From the NCBI GenBank assembly GCA_963768095.1, contig CAVYGT010000002.1, forward strand, positions 1,438,294 through 1,502,293: 64,000 nt of DNA, in the 5' to 3' direction. Below, piece after piece: positions 58,424-64,000 of the stretch (within the stretch, counting starts at the first letter, position 1; every line of letters starts with the position of its first letter). A program made the translations under genes and the position numbers. A model generated the notes under the pieces. That model was not told the origin of the DNA. It did not search any database and worked only from the letters and a program-made list of their open reading frames with translations. The DNA is from Terriglobia bacterium (GTDB lineage: Bacteria > Acidobacteriota > Terriglobia > Bryobacterales > Bryobacteraceae).

Positions 58424-61320
58424 CTAGGACAAAGCCTTCGCAATGGCCGACTGCAGCGCGGCTAAACCGTTTTCGACGTCATGCAAATGCACCCGCAATG
58501 CCCGGCGGTTTCGCTCCAGCCAGCACCTGGAAATCGCCTCGCGCTTGCGCCGCCTTCACCACGCCGAACGTGAATTTCTGGCCAGGCACCGGAAGGTCGG
58601 CCTGGTCATCGCAGGTCACTTGCAGGAACACGCCCGTGTTCGGCCCGCCTTTGTAAGCTTGCCCGGTGGAATGCAGGAAGCGCGGCCCAAAACCCAGGCA
58701 AGTGGCGACTCGTTTTTTGTCGCGCACCGCCATACGCATCTGCCGCAGCGCGCGATCATGCGGCTCGTTCATCTGGATGTAGCCCAGCAGCGCGAAATAA
58801 TCCCCGGCCTTCAGCCGATTCAGATGCGCGCGCAGATAGCCTGTCAGCGTCTTGTCACCGCCGGCGGCTGACTCCAGCGCCGCAGCGTTCTTCTCGTCCG
58901 TGTAAAGATCGATGCCACCGTCTGAAAGGATCGGCGACTCCGGCGGCAACGATCCCGTCTTCTCATATTCAGACGTCAGCTTCCGCGTGGCCATTTTGCT
59001 CGCTTCCACGTCCGGTTGATTGAACGCGTTGATGCCGATCACTGAGCCGGCCACGGCCGTCGCGATTTCCCACCGGAACATTTCCTGGCCGAGGTGGTAA
59101 ATATCGGACACCGCGATGCGCACGGACCGGATGCCCGGCTTTGGCCAGCGCATCCATGGCCTGATCCTGCTTCGGATCAGCGTCGCCCTCCAGGCGAATA
59201 TACGCGAACACCCGATCGTTGCCGTAAACCTCGGGCGGCCCCAGCGGCTCGCTGATCTACCGGGATCAGGCCCTTGCCATCCTTGCCCGTGGATTCGGCC
59301 AGTAACTGTTCCAGCCAGGCGCCGAAATCCCATATCTTCGGCGACGTGACCAGCGTAACTTTGTCGCGGCCATGCTTGGCGGCCACGCCCAGGATCAAGC
59401 CGAGCAGCGCGCCCGGGTTCTTATCCACGGGAAGGCACGACGAGCAGGCGATGGCCATCACGTCCGCGCGATCCAAGAAGCGCGGCGCATCGATCCCCAT
59501 CACCGCCGCCGGCACCATGCCGAAATCCGAAAGCGCCGAGTAGCGTCCGCCAATGCTCGGAACACCGTGGAAAATGTGGCGGAATCGATCGGCTTGCGCC
59601 ACCTGCTCAAACTTGGAGCCCGGATCGGTGATCGCGATGAAACGGCTTCCGGCTTTGTCGGCGCCGACAGCCTGCTTCACGCGATCGAAGAAATATTGTT
59701 TGAAAATGTTCGGCTCGAGCGTGGAACCCGATTTGCTCGACACGATGAAAATCGTGTTCGCCATGTCGATCTTGCTTTCAAAAGCCTTCACCTGCGCCGG
59801 ATCGGTCGAATCCAAGCACAAACATTTCCGGAAAACCCTCGATTTTGCCGAAGGTCATCCGCAGCACTTCCGGACACAGACTCGATCCGCCCATCCCGAG
59901 CAGCAGCGCATGTTTGAATCCCGCTTGCTTCACATCCGCCGCGACATCTTCGAGATGCTGTTTGTTAGCGAGTTGATCCTCCGTGACGCCCAGCCATCCC
60001 AGCCAGTTGCCTTCGTCCGATCCGCTCCACAGCGATGGCATCGCGCGCCCACAAGCGCCGCACCTTGCCCGCCATCTTCCAGTCCTCGACGGCTTCCTGC
60101 AATGACGTCTCCAACTCGGCCGGCACGCTGTACATCTGAGAATCCACTTCGGCCTGAGAGGCATATTTGCACTTGGCATCCACCGCGTTGAGCAGTTTGT
60201 CGAACGGCTCGGCAAAAAGCTTAACTGCCTGCGTGATCAGGTCGTCGGTGACTTTCTTCATGGAGATGCCGACCTTTTCCAGCGTGTCCATGATGTCCTG
60301 CGCCGCATCCACATCGGATTCCAGGCTGGCCTTGGAATGACCGTGATCGCGGAAAGCATCCAGCGTGGCGGGCGGTATCGTGTTCACAGTGTCCGGCCCG
60401 ATCAGCTCGTCCACATACAGCATGTCGGGATAGCTCGGGTCCTTGGTGCTGGTGCTGGCCCACAGCACGCGTTGCGTCTGCGCGCCTTTTTTCGCCAGAG
60501 CAGCCCACTCGGAGCCCGAGAAGATCTCCTTGTAGCGCTGATAAGTCAATTTGCCGTTGGCGATCGCAACTTTTCCCAGCAGGCTCCGCAGCAAGGCCTG
60601 TTCCTTAGGATCGGAAGTGGATTTCAACCGCGCTTTGACGATCGCGTCCACCATGGTGTCGATGCGGCTGATGAAAAAACTGGCGACACTCGCCACGTGG
60701 CTGGGATCGCCTCCACCGGCGGCAAATTTCTTCAGGCCGGCGATGTAGGCGTGCGCCACTTTCTCATATCGCTCCTGTGCGAACAGCAGCGTCACATTGA
60801 TGTTGATGCCCTCGCTGATGAGCTGCTCGACTGCGGGAACACCTTCCGGCGTGGCCGGCACTTTCACCATCAAGTTCGGCCGGCTCACAGCTTTCCATAG
60901 ACGGCGCGCGTCCTTGATGGTCCCATCAGTGTCCTTGGCGAGGAACGGCGAAACTTCCAAGCTTACATAACCGTCGCGCTTCTTGGTCCGATCATAAACC
61001 GGCCGGAGCGTGTCGGCAGCGTCTTGAATGTCCTGAATGGCGAGAATCTCGTAGATCCCCATCGCGTCCAAATCCTTGCGCTTTTGCAGCTCCAGCAATG
61101 CGTCCGTGTAATCCGTGCTGCCGGTGATAGCCTTCTCAAAGATGGCTGGATTGGATGTAACGCCCGCCAATCCATCTTGCTCGATCAAGCGCTTCAGCTC
61201 GCCGCTAGTGATCAGGTTGCGCCGGATGTAATCCAGCCACACGGATTGCCCGTATTTACCCAGTTCGAGCAAGTGATTCGCGGTTGTTGGAGTAGTTGTA
61301 GTTACCGTTGGAATACTCAT
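58424..61320 (-). pseudogene. bifunctional transaldolase / glucose-6-phosphate isomerase: transaldolase half intact, PGI half broken by about 5 frameshifts
   Basis: ORF 59965..61320 holds an intact transaldolase (GVTSNPAIF, MVKVPAT) plus the start of PGI (..VRRLWARD). PGI then continues across five frames.
- ORF 59778..60215: SLWSGSDEGNWLGWLGV..LLLGMGGSSL.
- ORF 59177..59821: DSTDPAQVKAFE..SSKSGSTLEP..GGRYSALS..GKGLIPVD.
- ORF 58969..59211: FAYIRLEGDADPKQDQAMDALAKAGHPV.
- ORF 58479..59333: RIAVSDIYHLGQEMFRWEIATAV..GDFQVLA.
- A fifth frame, by hand translation: [30 protein letters not shown], with its stop at 58424. Confidence 0.8.
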
Positions 61321-61353
61321 GCGGATTTTCTCCTCCCGAGTTACAGATCCTAC

Positions 61354-61806
61354 TTACTTACCGAAGCTAGCTTCCAGTGCTTTGATCTTACCGAGCCGGC
61401 GCACGTGCCTTTCTTCTTTGGTGAACTGCGCCTTTATATAGGTCTCCACCAGCTCGCTCGCCAGTGCCGGGCCAATTACACGCGCGCCCAGCACCAGGAC
61501 ATTCATCTCGTCGTGCTCCACGCCCTGATGAGCCGAATACGTGTCGTGGCATAACCCCGCGCGAATTCCTTTTAGCTTGTTGGCCGCAACCGACGCACCG
61601 ACCCCGCTTCCGCAGATCAGCACGCCCCGATCGGCCCGGCCCTCCAGAATCGCGTGACCCACCGCCGCGGCAAAATCGGGATAATCCACCGGGTCCGTGC
61701 TGTTGGTCCCGACATCTAATACCTCTTCCCCCAAATCGCGCAGGTGTTTCGCCAGCATCACCTTCAACTCGAAGCCGGCATGGTCAGATCCGATGACGGT
61801 TCGCAT
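61354..61806 (-). CDS. rpiB: ribose-5-phosphate isomerase B
   Basis: Motifs MRTVIGSDHAGFELK and LICGSGVGASVAANK. The ATG at 61806 lies just after the tkt stop. Confidence 0.92.
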   Translation of the reverse strand: MRTVIGSDHAGFELKVMLAKHLRDLGEEVLDVGTNSTDPVDYPDFAAAVGHAILEGRADRGVLICGSGVGASVAANKLKGIRAGLCHDTYSAHQGVEHDEMNVLVLGARVIGPALASELVETYIKAQFTKEERHVRRLGKIKALEASFGK

Positions 61807-61810
61807 AAGG

Positions 61811-63895
61811 CTATCGGGTTTTCGCCAGCTCCTCTTTAGCGGCAGCCACCACGGCGTCGGGCGTGAAACCAAACTTCTTCTGCAGTTCCTTGAGCGGCGC
61901 CGAGGCTCCGAAGGTGTGCATGCCGATTCTGCGGCCCGCGTAGCGGTCCCATCCGAACGTGGAAGCCTGCTCCACCGACACGCGCGCCTTTACGCCGGGC
62001 GGTAACACTGTTTCGCGATATTCCCGCGGCTGATGTTCGAACAGCTCCCAGGACGGCATGCTGACCACGCGCGCCCTCACTCCCTCGGCCGTCAGCTTCT
62101 CATAAGCATCCACGCACAGCGCCACTTCGCTTCCAGTCCCGATCAAGATAATCTCCGGCGCGCCGGCTTTGGCGTCCGCCAGGATGTACGCGCCCTTTAC
62201 CAGCCCCGAGGCGGGAGCATACTTGGTGCGATCCAGCGTCGGAATATTCTGCCGGGAAAGGATCAGGCAAACCGGTTCGTGCCGGAATCGCATGGTCAGC
62301 CGCCACGCCTCGGCAATCTCGTTAGCGTCGCCAGGCCGCAGCGTAATGAGCCCGGGAATCGCGCGCAGCGAGATCAATTGTTCCACCGGCTGATGCGTGG
62401 GCCCATCCTCGCCTACGCCGATGGAGTCATGCGTAAAAATGTAAATAACCGGAACTTCCATCAACGCGCTCAGCCGGACCGGCTCGCGCATATAGTCGCT
62501 GAAGATCAAAAAGCCGGAACCGAACGGCCGGAGCTTCGAAAGCGACATCCCGTTGAGAATCGATCCCATGGCATGCTCGCGAATGCCGAAGTGGAAGTTT
62601 CGGCCCGCGTAGCTTCCGGCCTCGAAATCGCCTGCTCCCTCGAAAGTCAGTCTAGTCTTGGTGGACGGCGCCAGATCCGCCGCGCCCCCGATCAACCACG
62701 GTACGCGCTTGGCCACTGCATTTTCCACCTTGCCCGACGCGTCGCGTCCCGCCATGCCCTTGGCGTCCGCTGGAAACACCGGAATATCGGCGTCCCATCC
62801 ATCCGGCAGTTCGCGCTTCTGCATCTTGAACAAGTGATCCGCCAATTGCGGATGCTGGCGCTGATACTCCGCGAACTTCGCCATCCAGGCTTCGCGTCCC
62901 GCATGGCCGCGCTGGCCGAGCAATTCCCGGAATCGCTCGTACACGCCGCCCGGAACCAGGAACTTCGCATCTTCCGGCCAGCCGTAGTTCCGTTTGGTCA
63001 GCTTAATCTCTTCTTCACCCAGCGGCTCTCCGTGCGCCGCGCTGGTGTCTTGCTTGTGTGGCGCGCCGTACGCGATGTGGCTGTCCACGATGATCAAAGT
63101 GGGCCGGTCCGTCGTGTCCTGGAAGGTATGAAACGCGCGCGACAGCATTCTCTGGTCATTCGCGTCCCCTACCCGTGTGACGTTCCAGCCATAGCCGATG
63201 AAGCGCGTGGCCACGTCGTCGCTGTAAGCCAGCGCAGTGTTGCCCTCGATCGTGATGTGGTTGTTATCGTAGATCCAGCAGAGATTCGAAAGCTTCAAGT
63301 GTCCGGCCAGCGACGCCGCTTCGCCGCTTACGCCTTCCATAAAGCAGCCGTCCCCACCCAGCGCGTAGACGTTGAAGTCGATCATCTCGAACCCAGGCCG
63401 GTTGAAAAACTGCGCCATCCAGCGCGAAGCTATTGCCATCCCGACGCCGGTCGCCAGACCCTGTCCCAAAGGTCCGGTGGTGGTCTCGACGCCCGAAGTC
63501 CAGCGATACTCGGGATGCCCGGGGCACTTGCTGTTGAGCTGCCGGAAATTCTTGATATCGTCCAGGGTCACGCTCAGCTTGCCCAGCGTCTCGTATTCCG
63601 GATTCACGGCCTTCACCTGCGCCAGATGCAGCACCGCGTACAGCAGCATCGAGGCGTGCCCGGCCGAAAGCACGAAACGATCGCGGTTCGGCCAGATGGG
63701 ATCGTCCGGATCGAAGCGCAGGAAGTTCTGCCACAGGCAATAAGCTACCGGCGCCATCGCCATGGGAGTGCCGGGATGCCCCGAGTTGGCTTGCTGCACT
63801 GCATCCATCGCCAGCGTGCGGATGGTGTTTATAGCGATCTGATCGATGTCGCCCGGAATCGGCTGGTTAGACTCAGGCTGCGCTGACGTGGACAT
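61811..63895 (-). CDS. tkt: transketolase
   Basis: Motifs NSGHPGTPMAMAP, GDGCFMEGVSGEA (TPP motif) and GEDGPTHQPVEQ. The ATG at 63895 was chosen inside track ORF 61811..63976. Confidence 0.95.
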   Translation of the reverse strand: MSTSAQPESNQPIPGDIDQIAINTIRTLAMDAVQQANSGHPGTPMAMAPVAYCLWQNFLRFDPDDPIWPNRDRFVLSAGHASMLLYAVLHLAQVKAVNPEYETLGKLSVTLDDIKNFRQLNSKCPGHPEYRWTSGVETTTGPLGQGLATGVGMAIASRWMAQFFNRPGFEMIDFNVYALGGDGCFMEGVSGEAASLAGHLKLSNLCWIYDNNHITIEGNTALAYSDDVATRFIGYGWNVTRVGDANDQRMLSRAFHTFQDTTDRPTLIIVDSHIAYGAPHKQDTSAAHGEPLGEEEIKLTKRNYGWPEDAKFLVPGGVYERFRELLGQRGHAGREAWMAKFAEYQRQHPQLADHLFKMQKRELPDGWDADIPVFPADAKGMAGRDASGKVENAVAKRVPWLIGGAADLAPSTKTRLTFEGAGDFEAGSYAGRNFHFGIREHAMGSILNGMSLSKLRPFGSGFLIFSDYMREPVRLSALMEVPVIYIFTHDSIGVGEDGPTHQPVEQLISLRAIPGLITLRPGDANEIAEAWRLTMRFRHEPVCLILSRQNIPTLDRTKYAPASGLVKGAYILADAKAGAPEIILIGTGSEVALCVDAYEKLTAEGVRARVVSMPSWELFEHQPREYRETVLPPGVKARVSVEQASTFGWDRYAGRRIGMHTFGASAPLKELQKKFGFTPDAVVAAAKEELAKTR

Positions 63896-64000
63896 GAGTG
63901 ATCCTTTTCGGGACAACTGCCGGGGGTCAGTGACGGCCGCGACGGAGCGCTGCCAGATAAAAGCGCGCGCTCCCATCGAGCATTGTAGCCCATATGATCG

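Noticed and set aside
58424-60215. Programmed ribosomal frameshifting as the explanation for the broken PGI half.
   Set aside because: The five breaks are separate, lie in different local sequence contexts, and have no slippery heptamer or downstream structure. Decay or a sequencing artefact is far more parsimonious.

Overview
This is a GC-rich bacterial chromosomal segment with about 50 protein-coding genes. By eye I found no rRNA, tRNA, CRISPR array, IS element or prophage block. Two long TonB-dependent receptors with carboxypeptidase-regulatory-like N-termini, many secreted PQQ dehydrogenases and a caspase/TPR protein suggest Acidobacteriota (Solibacter/Bryobacter-like); this is inference only.

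Gene order, left to right:
- A minus-strand glycosyltransferase / methyltransferase / M28 peptidase / asparaginase-like operon, divergent from rodZ.
- pgsA-hflX-hfq, followed by an orphan secreted collagen-like, tail-fibre-like protein.
- An FAD-oxidase plus ornithine-cyclodeaminase pair and a DUF1111 di-haem protein.
- ada/alkA-ogt, a hydrolase, an SDR, a lytic transglycosylase and kynureninase.
- The atpF'FHAGDC operon.
- A YHS protein plus a haem-c/PHM-like copper monooxygenase, then a bactofilin.
- A CHASE2 adenylate cyclase translationally coupled to a secreted FecR-like/caspase/EF-hand/TPR protein.
- A roughly 19 kb locus bracketed by TonB receptors, holding four PQQ-dehydrogenase paralogs, two cytochrome c paralogs and a GMC flavoprotein with its Tat small subunit.
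- The convergent operon tkt-rpiB-tal/pgi-gnd-zwf-glk.

Observations most worth a second look:
- The cyclase/caspase module.
- The PQQ-dehydrogenase and cytochrome array, including Pro/Gly/Arg-rich variable loops in all four dehydrogenases.
- Decay of only the PGI half of the tal-pgi fusion, with five frame breaks.
- A 49-nt double-hairpin element present twice in the same orientation in front of two sugar-oxidation genes.
- The YHS plus haem-copper monooxygenase pair.

All domain calls come from motif recognition by eye. No database search was run.
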